From Promethearchaeota archaeon (lineage in GTDB: Archaea > Asgardarchaeota > Lokiarchaeia > Sigyniarchaeales > SOKP01), in contig RDOE01000032.1 of assembly GCA_011364975.1 (NCBI GenBank), positions 1 to 37,137 on the forward strand: 37,137 bases of DNA. Direction: 5' to 3'. How positions within the stretch are numbered: position 1 is the first letter of the stretch; every line of letters begins with the position of its first letter. Made by a program: the position numbers and the translations under genes. Shown here piece after piece: positions 27,121-37,135 of the stretch. The notes beneath the pieces are model-generated. The model searched no databases. It was not told the origin of the DNA and worked only from the letters and a program-made list of their open reading frames with translations.

Positions 27121-27954
27121 TTGATGGTTCAAGAAGAGGATACAGTAATTTTTCAACCACGATTGATAAAAGAAGATGATATCTATGGTAAAAATGGTTA
27201 TACTCTTAATCTAATAAAACCAAATGTATATCAATTCTATTCAGGAGGGGCAGGCTCCCATGTTTATCTTATTATCGGAGAAAATTTAAATGTGCTTATT
27301 GACACAGGGATCATCACTAAGTTTAATAGCCTTAATTATCTACTTACAACTGAAATAGGTTTAAAAGTGGAGGATATAGGTTTGGTAATTAATACTCATG
27401 AACATTTTGATCATATTAGTTCTAATGCTTATTTTCATTGCCCTATTGCTGCTCATCGATGGGCTGCAATAAAAATACAACATACCGATGAATTAATTAC
27501 TAAGGGTAAAAAATGGGGTGTGGACTTATCAAATATGAAAATTAATATTTGGTTAGAGGATAGAAATATAATTGATATTGGAAATGTATTATTAAAGATT
27601 ATAGAAACTCCTGGGCATACATCAGGATGTATTTGCATATATGAACCCTATCTACAATATATTTTTACTGGTGACACCTTATTTAAAGAGGCAACAACCA
27701 ATATCTATGAATCAGGCTCTATTTCTGAATATATAGATTCTTTAGAAGTTTTAAATACCTTAAGAATTAATAGTTTTTACCCTAGTCATGGAGACTTAGT
27801 TCTTGGACAGAAAAATGTTAAAAAACAAATTGATTATTCAATTGAAAATGCAAAAAAAGAGCTTAATGCTTTTATTAACAGACTTAAGAGTAAATCTATT
27901 GACGGTGTGAGACCCCCTCCATCTTTATACAGAAGAGAAGAAGAAGATTTATAA
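27121..27954 (+). CDS. Metallo-beta-lactamase-fold hydrolase
   Basis: LIDTG, THEHFDH (HxHxDH), TPGHT, FTGD and PSHG. Confidence 0.92.
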   Translation: MMVQEEDTVIFQPRLIKEDDIYGKNGYTLNLIKPNVYQFYSGGAGSHVYLIIGENLNVLIDTGIITKFNSLNYLLTTEIGLKVEDIGLVINTHEHFDHISSNAYFHCPIAAHRWAAIKIQHTDELITKGKKWGVDLSNMKINIWLEDRNIIDIGNVLLKIIETPGHTSGCICIYEPYLQYIFTGDTLFKEATTNIYESGSISEYIDSLEVLNTLRINSFYPSHGDLVLGQKNVKKQIDYSIENAKKELNAFINRLKSKSIDGVRPPPSLYRREEEDL

Positions 27955-27995
27955 GCATAATTTTACACAAAGCTTATCTATTAATATCTGTATAA

Positions 27996-28583
27996 TTAAG
28001 CGACTTCTCCACAATAATTACAAATTTTCAATTTTGCTGAAAAATAATTACCACATTTGCTACATTCCTGTAATTGTTTTTCAATTATTGCATTGACGAT
28101 ATTCAAAAAAGCATTTTCTACATTTTCACTAGTTTTAGAAGAAGTTCCAATTGGTTCCCCATAACAATTGAATATTTTACTTGCTTTGATAGCATCAGTT
28201 TTTGATATCTCACGTTGATCTTTTAAGTCGATTTTTGTTCCAATTATGACTTTAATAATATCTTTAGAGTTTTCATCAATAATTTTAACCCAATTTCCAA
28301 TATCATCTAATGATGACTTTTTAGTCGTATCATATAACAATAATGCTGCTGTAGCACCATTTACATAAGCCGGAAAAAGGATGCGGTATTTTTCCTCGCC
28401 ACCAAAATCCCAAATATTTAATTCAACATTTAAATCTTCCTTAATTCTTACTTCTTTTCTCTTAAAAGCAACGCCTATAGTTTCTTTGGTTTTTTCATTA
28501 AAGATATCATCACAATAACGAGCAATAAGTGAACTTTTCCCAACATTTTTAGCTCCGGCAACCACAATCTTATATTTTAACAT
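27996..28583 (-). CDS. Rab/Ras-like small GTPase with C-terminal zinc ribbon
   Basis: G1 GAKNVGKS, G2 ETIG, G3 WDFGG, G4 TKID, G5 TSSK; C-terminal CSKCG-x8-CNYCG. Confidence 0.9.
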   Translation of the reverse strand: MLKYKIVVAGAKNVGKSSLIARYCDDIFNEKTKETIGVAFKRKEVRIKEDLNVELNIWDFGGEEKYRILFPAYVNGATAALLLYDTTKKSSLDDIGNWVKIIDENSKDIIKVIIGTKIDLKDQREISKTDAIKASKIFNCYGEPIGTSSKTSENVENAFLNIVNAIIEKQLQECSKCGNYFSAKLKICNYCGEVA

Positions 28584-28841
28584 TAAAGAGCAAATAATCC
28601 TTAAAATTTTATATTAGATAAATGTAAGATAAAAATAAATTAATAGGTTTTCATCCTCAAAAAATAATTCAAATATTCTTAAAATTCTATATATTAGATT
28701 CTCAACACACAATAAAAATTTTGAATATCTATAGGGGTTTTCTAATTGAATGTTTTCAATAATCAATAAATATAACCAAGATTTATATTGATCTACATCG
28801 AATTAATATTCACAATTTTGAAAAAACTAGATTGAGTTAAA

Positions 28842-30620
28842 ATGAGTGATGAAATAGTTAGATATTGGGATAAGAATTGGCCCGAAGAAACACCTAAACA
28901 TGTAGATTATAACGTAGTTCCTTTAGGAAATCTTCTAGATAAAACCGCTGAAACTTATCCCTATTCTCAAGCAATATTTTTTGAAGGTTTTAGAATGGCT
29001 TATAAAGAGCTAAATACACTTGTCAATCAATTTGCTACTGGACTTTCGAAATTAGGGATTAAAAAAGGTGATGTTGTGTGTATTGATTTACCTAACATAC
29101 CTCAATATGTGATAGCTCATTGGGCGGTACTAAAATTAGGAGCAACATCTAATCCGATATTACCAGTAAATAGATTTGTTGAAATAGTCCATCAGGTAAA
29201 TGATTCAAAAGCTACCACCTTATTAATCTTAGATTATTTATTTGCAGAACATCTGGAGGGTAAAGATCTAAGTAAAATGCCTACCTTGAAAAACATTATT
29301 TTTACAGGACTTGCAGAATATTTGCCTAGTATGAAAGCAAAATTGGGTACAGTTTTGGGGAAAGTCCCAAGAATGAAAGAATGGCCGGAAAAGATAGGTG
29401 AGAAAAAAATCCATAAATTTCAAGCTATTTTACAAGATGGTTTTCAAATCAATATACCAAAAGTTGAATACGATCTTAAAAAGGATATCGCTATTTTAAT
29501 ATATACCGGAGGTACTACAGGTGTACCTAAAGGTGTAATGATTTCTCACTATTCTATGGTTGTTAATGCTTTACAAACAGATATCTGGGCTACAACTCAA
29601 TTAAAGCGAATGGAAGAAACAAAGGGCAAAGGGGGAATGTTGTTAGTCGTTCCGCTAGCACACGCTTTTGGTAATATTGGTATGACTGTTTCGGTTCTAG
29701 AAGGATGGAAAATGATTCTATTACCCCGACCTCCCGATAAAATCTCCAATATATTAAAACATATTATGAAAGAAAAAGCAACTTATATGCCGGGTGTACC
29801 CACTCTTTATATTAAACTTAACCAAGATCCAGATTCGAAGAAATACAAAGGAAAACTGGACTCACTTATCGCTTGTATTAGTGCAGCGTCAGCAATACCA
29901 GAAGAGGTTAAAAATGAATTTGAGAGAATTACAGCTGCTAGTTTGGTTGAAGGATATGGTATGTCAGAGTTTTCTCCCGTTGTTGCCCTAAACCCTTTCA
30001 AAACTGAGCTCCAAAAAATAAATACCGTCGGCTTTCCATTATCAGATACACTTTTAAAGATTGTTGATGCTGATTCAGGTACTAAAGTATTACCACAATG
30101 CCCCAATGAAAGCTGTGAAAATTGTGGTGCTGATGAATTTCAATATATTGGTGAAATATGTTGTACTGGTCCGCAGATGATGCTAGGTTATCTAGGAAGG
30201 CAAAAAGATACCGATTATGCGTTAAGGAAGGATTCGAAAGGTATTACATGGTACTACACCGCAGATATTGGATGCATTGACAGCGGTGGTTATCTTCGAA
30301 TTAAGGATCGAAAGCGAGATATGATCAAATATAAAGGGCATGGTGTATTTCCTCGAGAAGTTGAAGATTTACTCTACATGAATGATGCAGTCTTAGAAGT
30401 GGGCGTAATAGGAATCCCTGATCCAGAAGTTGGTGAAAATATCAAAGCATTTATTGCTTTAAAACCAGAATACCAAGGTAAGGTTACGGTGGAAGATCTG
30501 AGTATTTGGGCTAAAGAAAACATAAGTCCCTTCAAATATCCACGCTTAATCGAAATTGTACCCGAATTACCAAAATCAGTAGTAGGAAAGATTTTAAGAA
30601 GAGAATTAAGAAAATCCTAA
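28842..30620 (+). CDS. Long-chain fatty-acid--CoA ligase (FadD-like)
   Basis: YTGGTTGVPKG, EGYGMSE, DRKRDMI and terminal LPKSVVGKILRR. Confidence 0.92.
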   Translation: MSDEIVRYWDKNWPEETPKHVDYNVVPLGNLLDKTAETYPYSQAIFFEGFRMAYKELNTLVNQFATGLSKLGIKKGDVVCIDLPNIPQYVIAHWAVLKLGATSNPILPVNRFVEIVHQVNDSKATTLLILDYLFAEHLEGKDLSKMPTLKNIIFTGLAEYLPSMKAKLGTVLGKVPRMKEWPEKIGEKKIHKFQAILQDGFQINIPKVEYDLKKDIAILIYTGGTTGVPKGVMISHYSMVVNALQTDIWATTQLKRMEETKGKGGMLLVVPLAHAFGNIGMTVSVLEGWKMILLPRPPDKISNILKHIMKEKATYMPGVPTLYIKLNQDPDSKKYKGKLDSLIACISAASAIPEEVKNEFERITAASLVEGYGMSEFSPVVALNPFKTELQKINTVGFPLSDTLLKIVDADSGTKVLPQCPNESCENCGADEFQYIGEICCTGPQMMLGYLGRQKDTDYALRKDSKGITWYYTADIGCIDSGGYLRIKDRKRDMIKYKGHGVFPREVEDLLYMNDAVLEVGVIGIPDPEVGENIKAFIALKPEYQGKVTVEDLSIWAKENISPFKYPRLIEIVPELPKSVVGKILRRELRKS

Positions 30621-30635
30621 TTTTTTTTTTCTTTT
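30621..30635 (+). terminator. Oligo-T archaeal terminator candidate
   Basis: T10 followed by CTTTT immediately after the stop codon. Confidence 0.5.
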
Positions 30636-30764
30636 AATCCTTTTAATTCATTTTTTGGATTATTTATTAATTTTCTTGATCATTTTAATCAAACTTTATA
30701 ACTAATTCCAACAATAATAATATTTAACCATTTATTAAATCAAAAAAAAGTTAATGATCTAAAA

Positions 30765-32474
30765 ATGACTAGTCCATATGAAACCCGGTTCTGGATGAAG
30801 AACTGGGATCCGAATGTGAAGGATATTGATCCAAAAGAGTTTGAAACTACATATCCCGCATATATTAGAAATATATTCGATAAATACCCCGATAATATGG
30901 CCCTATCATATCAAGGATTAGAAATTACGTTCGCAGATGTAGATAAACGTTCTAATCAATTTGCAAATATGCTTATTCAAAATGGGTTTAAAAAAGGGGA
31001 TGCAGTGGGTATAAATTTGCCTAATATTCCAGAATATGTTTATTCATTGATAGGTACGCTTAAAGCAGGGTGTATTGTTTCAGGAGTTAGTCCTTTGATG
31101 TCTGATATCCAAATGCATTACCAGCTGGATGATCTTAGTAAGGGTGGGAAAAAAGTAGCATTAGTGACTCTTGATGCTATTTTCGAACATCGTCTGAAAA
31201 AGATTGCATCCACCTTACCTCATCTTGAGGTCGTTATTGCTACAAGCGTTATCGGCTCATTTCCAAAGGAACAACAAGAAAAAATTAAGGCCGTTCAAGA
31301 AATTCCATCGGGAATAGTAACTACTTTAGAGGGAAAATCTGTTTATAACTTCCAAGATGATATTTTAGCAAAATTTTCAGATGAATTGCCTAAGGTTGAG
31401 ATTTCTCCAGAGGATATAGGATGGATTCAATACACCGGAGGAACGACAGGACCACCCAAAGGCGCAATGTTAAGTCATCGTAACTGCATGTCTAATATGA
31501 TAAGTATTAGAAAGTGGCTTCAATGGGAAGAAGCTGATGGAATGTTGCTATCAGGATTTCCGATGTTTCATGCCGCAGGTTTAACAGTATGCGAGAGTGC
31601 TCTTGCCTTAGGATGGGGGCAAATCCTTATTGCTAATCCTAGAGATGCATTACATATATGTAATCAAATGAAAGCTTATAATCCAACAGTACTTGTAAAT
31701 GTTCCATCTTTATATCAGATTTTGATTAATTTCAAAAAATTTAAAAGATTAGATCACAATCAATTAAGAATGTGTATTTCTGCTGCAGCACCATTTCCGA
31801 AAGAATCGCAAGAAAAACTAGAGGAAATAGTAGGTCAAGGAAAACTGTTAGAATTGTATGGAATGACCGAACTTTCACCAGTAGCTACCATGAATCCCTC
31901 TTTAGGCAAGAAAAAGCTAGGAAAAGTAGGGTTACCAATACAAAATATAATGTTAAAGATTGTTGATCCTGATTCCAATGAAGAAGTTCCTTTAGGACAA
32001 CCTGGGGAAATTTGTGTTGCAGGTCCCTTAGTGATGAAGGGATATTACAACAAGCCTGAAGAAACAGCAAAAGCTGTAGATAAAGATGGGTATATGCACA
32101 CGGGAGATGTGGGATTGATGGATGAAGAGGGATATGTGCAAATCGTCGATCGAACGAAAGATATGATTATAGTAGGAGGTTTTAAAGTATTTTCAGCAAA
32201 AGTAGAAGATACATTAGTTAAACATCCTGCGATAGGCATGGTTGCATTAATTGGAACTCCTAATCCAGAAAGACCTGGATCTGAGATTGTAAATGCATAT
32301 ATCCAACTAGATCCTGAGTTTGAGTTTGATGGGAATAAAGACGCATTAAAGGAGGATATTCTTGCATTTGCCAATAAAGAATTGGCTCCCTATGAAATTC
32401 CTAAAAAGATAGAATTTTCTGAAGAATTACCATTAACGGTCATAGGAAAGATAGATAAAAAAGCCTTACGTTAA
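30765..32474 (+). CDS. Long-chain fatty-acid--CoA ligase (FadD-like)
   Basis: YTGGTTGPPKG, ELYGMTE, HTGD, DRTKDMI and GKIDKK. Confidence 0.92.
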   Translation: MTSPYETRFWMKNWDPNVKDIDPKEFETTYPAYIRNIFDKYPDNMALSYQGLEITFADVDKRSNQFANMLIQNGFKKGDAVGINLPNIPEYVYSLIGTLKAGCIVSGVSPLMSDIQMHYQLDDLSKGGKKVALVTLDAIFEHRLKKIASTLPHLEVVIATSVIGSFPKEQQEKIKAVQEIPSGIVTTLEGKSVYNFQDDILAKFSDELPKVEISPEDIGWIQYTGGTTGPPKGAMLSHRNCMSNMISIRKWLQWEEADGMLLSGFPMFHAAGLTVCESALALGWGQILIANPRDALHICNQMKAYNPTVLVNVPSLYQILINFKKFKRLDHNQLRMCISAAAPFPKESQEKLEEIVGQGKLLELYGMTELSPVATMNPSLGKKKLGKVGLPIQNIMLKIVDPDSNEEVPLGQPGEICVAGPLVMKGYYNKPEETAKAVDKDGYMHTGDVGLMDEEGYVQIVDRTKDMIIVGGFKVFSAKVEDTLVKHPAIGMVALIGTPNPERPGSEIVNAYIQLDPEFEFDGNKDALKEDILAFANKELAPYEIPKKIEFSEELPLTVIGKIDKKALR

Positions 32475-32488
32475 GAGTATAAATTTCA

Positions 32489-32498
32489 TTTTTTTTTT
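32489..32498 (+). terminator. Oligo-T archaeal terminator candidate
   Basis: T10 tract starting 15 nt after the stop codon. Confidence 0.45.
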
Positions 32499-32647
32499 AT
32501 TTCTAAATTGTAAGTTTTTATAGTTCTATAATAAATTATGATTCTTCATTCTATTTCTTTTAAAAATATGAGTCTATAAAATTAAACTAAAATACTATGT
32601 ATCAAGTAATATCATAAAATCAATATTAATTTTAAAAAACGAAATCA

Positions 32648-34363
32648 GTGAAAAATATGTCTTATAGTAGTAGATTTTGGAAAAAATCATATGATAAAGG
32701 AATTAATGATTTAGATCCTAAGGAATTCGAATTTTCATATGTAGATGTCATGAGGCGTACTTTTAACGAACTTCCAGATAAATTAGCCTTAGCGTTTTAC
32801 GGAACTGAAATTACATATGGAGAGTTGGATAGACTTTCCAATGAATTTGCGCATATGCTAATTGAAAATGGGTTTAAGAAAGGAGATGTACTTGGAGTTA
32901 ATACTGCTAACATTCCTGAATACGTAATTGGATTACTTGGTGGGTTGAAAGCTGGGCTAATTGTATCAGGAGTTTCACCACTTCTCTCAGCGGTTCAAAT
33001 ACAATATCAGTTGAGTGATTTAGGGTCTGGTGGTAAGCAAGTAGCATTACTAACACTTGATGCTATTTTTGCAGGCCATATCACAAAAATCGCTTCAAAA
33101 TTACCTTCATTAAAATTAGTAGTTACCACAAGTGTTGCAGGATTTATGCCTAAATTTTTAGGAGTAATGGCAAAACTGCTTAAAAAAGTACCTAAGGGAA
33201 AAGTCACACCACTAGAAGGAATTATAGTTTTAGAATATCATAAAGATGTAAAAGGTAAGTATTCTGATGAATTACCTAATGTAAAAGTAGGACCCGATGA
33301 TATTGCGTTTATTCAGTATACTGGTGGAACCACAGGACCTCCTAAAGGAGCAATGTTAACCCATAGAAATTTTGTAAGTGATGTTAAAATCTTTCAACAC
33401 TGGCTTAGCTGGGAGTTTGGAATTGGAGGAGGATTATCAGGATTCCCATTTTTCCACATAGCAGGATTATTTACGTGTGCAAATGTTATAATGTTAGGTT
33501 GGAGTCAAGTTTTGATTCCTAATCCGAGAGATACAAATCATATAATTAAAGAGATGATCAAATATAGACCTAGTGTCTTAGCAAACGTACCAACATTATA
33601 CCAAATGTTATTAGCAAATCCTAATTTTAGGAAAGTCGATAAGGATATGTTAGACTATGTGATATCCGCAGCAGCTCCTTTTCCAAAGGAATCCCAAGAG
33701 ATTCTTGAAAGTGTTATAGGAACGGGAAAATTAATTGAGTTATATGGTATGACGGAAACTTCTCCATTATCTTGTGGAAATCCCTCTAAGGGTAAAAAGA
33801 AGTTAGGAAGTGTTGGTTTACCTTTACCCAATGTTGATCTAAAATTAGTTGATCCTGAATCTGGAAAAGAAGTCCCCCTTGGAGAACCAGGAGAAATATG
33901 TGTAAAAGGCCCAGTCGTCACAAAAGGGTATTATAATAAACCAGATGAGACTAAAAAAGCTATTGATTCTGATGGATATATGCACACAGGAGATATGGGT
34001 ATTATGGATACCGAAGGATATGTAAGGATAGTAGATCGTACCAAGGATATGATAATTGTAGGGGGCTATAAAGTCTTTTCCACAAAAGTAGAGGATACGC
34101 TTACTCAACACCCCGCTATTGCTATGGTAGCTATTGTTGGTTTACCGAACCCTGAGCGTCCTGGCTCTGAGCTTGTTAAAGCTTTTGTTCAAATAGATCC
34201 CAGTTATGAATTTGATGGAAATAAAGAAGCTCTAAAAGAAGAGATTAGTGTTTTCGCTCAAAAAGAATTGTCACCATATGAAGTTCCTAAAATGATTGAA
34301 TTTATCGATGAACTACCGTTAACAGTTGTAGGTAAAGTCGATAAAAAAGCACTAAGAGGTTAA
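32648..34363 (+). CDS. Long-chain fatty-acid--CoA ligase (FadD-like), close paralog of 30765-32474
   Basis: YTGGTTGPPKG, ELYGMTE, HTGD, DRTKDMI and GKVDKK. The start may be ATG 32657. Confidence 0.92.
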   Translation: MKNMSYSSRFWKKSYDKGINDLDPKEFEFSYVDVMRRTFNELPDKLALAFYGTEITYGELDRLSNEFAHMLIENGFKKGDVLGVNTANIPEYVIGLLGGLKAGLIVSGVSPLLSAVQIQYQLSDLGSGGKQVALLTLDAIFAGHITKIASKLPSLKLVVTTSVAGFMPKFLGVMAKLLKKVPKGKVTPLEGIIVLEYHKDVKGKYSDELPNVKVGPDDIAFIQYTGGTTGPPKGAMLTHRNFVSDVKIFQHWLSWEFGIGGGLSGFPFFHIAGLFTCANVIMLGWSQVLIPNPRDTNHIIKEMIKYRPSVLANVPTLYQMLLANPNFRKVDKDMLDYVISAAAPFPKESQEILESVIGTGKLIELYGMTETSPLSCGNPSKGKKKLGSVGLPLPNVDLKLVDPESGKEVPLGEPGEICVKGPVVTKGYYNKPDETKKAIDSDGYMHTGDMGIMDTEGYVRIVDRTKDMIIVGGYKVFSTKVEDTLTQHPAIAMVAIVGLPNPERPGSELVKAFVQIDPSYEFDGNKEALKEEISVFAQKELSPYEVPKMIEFIDELPLTVVGKVDKKALRG

Positions 34364-34395
34364 AACACCTTCAAATATAATAATCTTAAAGTAAT

Positions 34396-35178
34396 CTATT
34401 TTTTTTTATTTTCTAGTATTTTTTTTTCAACAATTTCAATAATTTGAGGAAGAATATCTCCAATTTTTTGATGTATCACAATTTCTGCATCATCATCAAC
34501 ATCAGTTTCCTGAATGTTAATAATAGCTAATTTAGCGCCCATAGATAATGCTTTGCGAGGGTAAAATGCCACCGGATATACCAATAAAGAACTGCCAAGG
34601 ATGATAAAGAGATCACATCCTTCTATTAGCTCATCAGCTTGTTGTAATACTTCTGATCGTAATGGTTCACCAAAAAATATCGCATTAGGTTTTAATAATC
34701 CGTTACATTGCTCACATGAAGGAGATGAGCCACTAAGAAATTTATTCACCATAACCGTAATTGGAACTACTTTATTACACCGCATACATATTGCTTCAAG
34801 AGCAGTGCCATGTAATTCTATCACGTTCTTACTTTTAGCTCTAATATGCAAACCGTCAATGTTCTGAGTCAAAATTCCTTTTAATTTGCCTAATTTTTGA
34901 AGTTTAGTCAATGCTTTATGTCCCTTATTGGGACGGGCACTAAAAATATGCTTACCCATCTCCAACATGAAATTTAAATTTTTTCCCGTATTTGCTACGT
35001 AGGAACTTACACTTCCAAATTCATAGGGATCTACCTTTTCCCAGAGTCCTGTTCCAGGACTGCGAAAGTCAGCAATCCCACTTTCAGTACTCATTCCTGC
35101 CCCTGTTAATACCACAATATTTTTCGCTTCAAGTATGAGCCTTGCAAGTTTTTGAATTTTCATGTCTAAATCAGTCAT
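34396..35178 (-). CDS. cobB: NAD-dependent protein deacylase (sirtuin, CobB/Sir2 family)
   Basis: GAGMSTESGIADFR, TQNIDGLH, ELHG, CxxC...CxxC Zn site and GSSLLVYP. Confidence 0.92.
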   Translation of the reverse strand: MTDLDMKIQKLARLILEAKNIVVLTGAGMSTESGIADFRSPGTGLWEKVDPYEFGSVSSYVANTGKNLNFMLEMGKHIFSARPNKGHKALTKLQKLGKLKGILTQNIDGLHIRAKSKNVIELHGTALEAICMRCNKVVPITVMVNKFLSGSSPSCEQCNGLLKPNAIFFGEPLRSEVLQQADELIEGCDLFIILGSSLLVYPVAFYPRKALSMGAKLAIINIQETDVDDDAEIVIHQKIGDILPQIIEIVEKKILENKKK

Positions 35179-35383
35179 TATTTTTTTGACTCCTATCTAA
35201 TTTTATATTGCATTCGCAATTAGACAAAATATTTAATATAATTATTTTTATTTATTGATTATAATATAATATTTATATTACAAAACATAATAACTTAAGA
35301 TAATTGAATCATCAGAGTTATTACAGAAAATAAATTTAAATTAGGTAAATAAGAATATAATTAGAAAAAATTATTCAAACAAT

Positions 35384-35944
35384 GTGGTGATTGGGTCGAT
35401 TTCAGTCCAGAAATCCTATATATATAAAATTTGCATTGTAGGAAATGGTGGTGTTGGTAAAACTTCAATGGTTCTTCGCTACTGTGAAAATGCTTTTAAG
35501 GAAAATTACATAATGACGATAGGTTCTAACTTTAGCACTAAAACTGTCGATCTGCAAGAATACCCCCATTTCCAAGTAAAGCTGCAGATATGGGACTTAG
35601 CTGGACAAAAACACTTCAGTTTTGTAAGACCTCCATTCTATCGAGGAGCAACAGGAATCATATATGTATTTGATTTAACTCGTAGATCTTCTTTTGCAGA
35701 ATTACTTGAATGGAGGAATGAAGTAGAAAAAGTAATTGGCCAAAAACCTAGCATAATTGTAGGAAATAAGCTTGATTTGGCCGATCAAGGAAAACGTGAA
35801 GTTTCATATCAAGATGGAGAATCGCTGAAAGGTGAATTGCATGCGAATAACTATTTTGAAACAAGCGCTAAAGTAGGTGATTCAATTGATAATGTTTTTA
35901 AAATATTAACCTTAGAAATTCTAAAAACATCTGGCAAAATTTAA
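35384..35944 (+). CDS. Rab-like small GTPase
   Basis: GNGGVGKTS, YIMTIG, WDLAGQ, NKLD and ETSAK. There is no C-terminal prenylation Cys. Confidence 0.92.
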   Translation: MVIGSISVQKSYIYKICIVGNGGVGKTSMVLRYCENAFKENYIMTIGSNFSTKTVDLQEYPHFQVKLQIWDLAGQKHFSFVRPPFYRGATGIIYVFDLTRRSSFAELLEWRNEVEKVIGQKPSIIVGNKLDLADQGKREVSYQDGESLKGELHANNYFETSAKVGDSIDNVFKILTLEILKTSGKI

Positions 35945-36024
35945 TTTTTAAGGTATAAACCATAAATTAAAATTGGTTAGTTAATTTTTAAATTATAAAA
36001 TTCAATTACTATTAGGTTAAAAAG

Positions 36025-36746
36025 ATGTTTGGTGGTGGAGGCGCTCGTACCTACGATCGCGCTTTAACGGTTTTTAGTCCAGAAGGAAGGCTTTTTCAAG
36101 TTGAATATGCTTTAGAAGCTGTCAGACGGGGTACTTTAGCTGTTGCAGTCAAATCAAATGAGGGAGTGTGCTTAGCAGCACAAATTAAAGCCCCATCAAG
36201 ACTGATGGATGCAGATTCGATAGATAAAATCTTCCAAGTTGATGATCATATCGGAGTTGCGATTTCAGGATTACATGCCGATTCAAGAGCATTAATAAAT
36301 TATGCTAGAGTTCAAGCACAATCTTTTAGATTAACATATGATGAGCCCGTACGGTTAAACATGTTAGTAAAAACGATTGCAGAACCCAATTTGGGGGCAT
36401 AAGGCCATGGGGGTGTGCTCTTTTCTTTATTGCTATTGATGCAGGTGGATCACAAATTTATACTACCTCACCTAGTGGTATTTATCGCTCGTTTAGAGCC
36501 TATGCATTAGGAAGTGGTGAGGCTACTGCAAGAGAATATTTACAAGCTAATTATAAACCTGACCTTCCTTTTGAAGAAGTAATAAAACTTGCCTTAAATG
36601 CGCTTAAGGAATCGATCGATGAAGAAGCGTCTAAGGAGAACATAAGGCTTGCGTATATTAAGGCCGAAGATAATAAATTCCACATGTGCGATAAAGCAGA
36701 AGTAGAGAAATATTTAGCAGCATTACCCGCATTACCAGAAAAATAA
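36025..36746 (+). pseudogene. psmA: Proteasome alpha subunit with a frameshift near 36383 (true lesion or assembly error)
   Basis: The YDRALTVFSPEGRLFQVEYA signature is present. The ORF stops at 36402, but the -1 frame from 36384 continues TQFGGIRPWGCALFFIAID...TSPSG...AYALGSG...LPEK* to TAA 36746. Confidence 0.88.
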
Positions 36747-36877
36747 TTCTAATTTTTTCTAGATGTAGTCATCCATAATACTAAATTTTCCTCTAAAATC
36801 TAATTTAAAATTCAAAACCTAGCTTTATATAAATTAGATTTTATTTTAATCTAAAAATTTTTGAAATAATCGAATGT

Positions 36878-37135
36878 TTAATTCTTATTTAACATTCGTA
36901 CAATTCGATTTACATCCTCTTTTTGTTGAAAATCTTGGGAATCTAAATTACTGGTTAGTAACCAGATTAAGTCTTCCCTGTTTTGCTCGTGAAGTTCATC
37001 TATTAAAATTATCTTTTCTAAAAGTTCTGAATCAATTGATTGAATTATATTCAGTAGTACTCGAGGGATGTATTTTATAATTCTTCCTCTATGATAATTT
37101 AACTCATCTAAAATTTCGTTAAAAATTATTTTCTT
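36878..37135 (-). CDS. 3' end of a hypothetical protein running in from the window edge
   Basis: 85 open codons (KKIIFNEILDELNYHRG...VNRIVRMLNKN*) with protein-like composition, ending at TAA 36878. Confidence 0.6.
   Translation of the reverse strand, partial: KKIIFNEILDELNYHRGRIIKYIPRVLLNIIQSIDSELLEKIILIDELHEQNREDLIWLLTSNLDSQDFQQKEDVNRIVRMLNKN

Noticed and set aside
30765-34363. Nucleotide similarity between the second and third ligase genes as a repeat or mobile element
   Set aside because: Explained by paralogous coding sequence with many synonymous differences.
1952-34867. Many short ORFs nested in or antisense to long genes (e.g. 1952-2182, 2813-3076, 9853-10170, 16173-16484, 29807-30106, 32045-32374, 34601-34867)
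   Set aside because: They lie largely or entirely within well-supported genes and have no motifs; typical shadow ORFs.
36874-37080. 68-aa + strand ORF
   Set aside because: Antisense shadow of a minus-strand frame that is open to the window edge.
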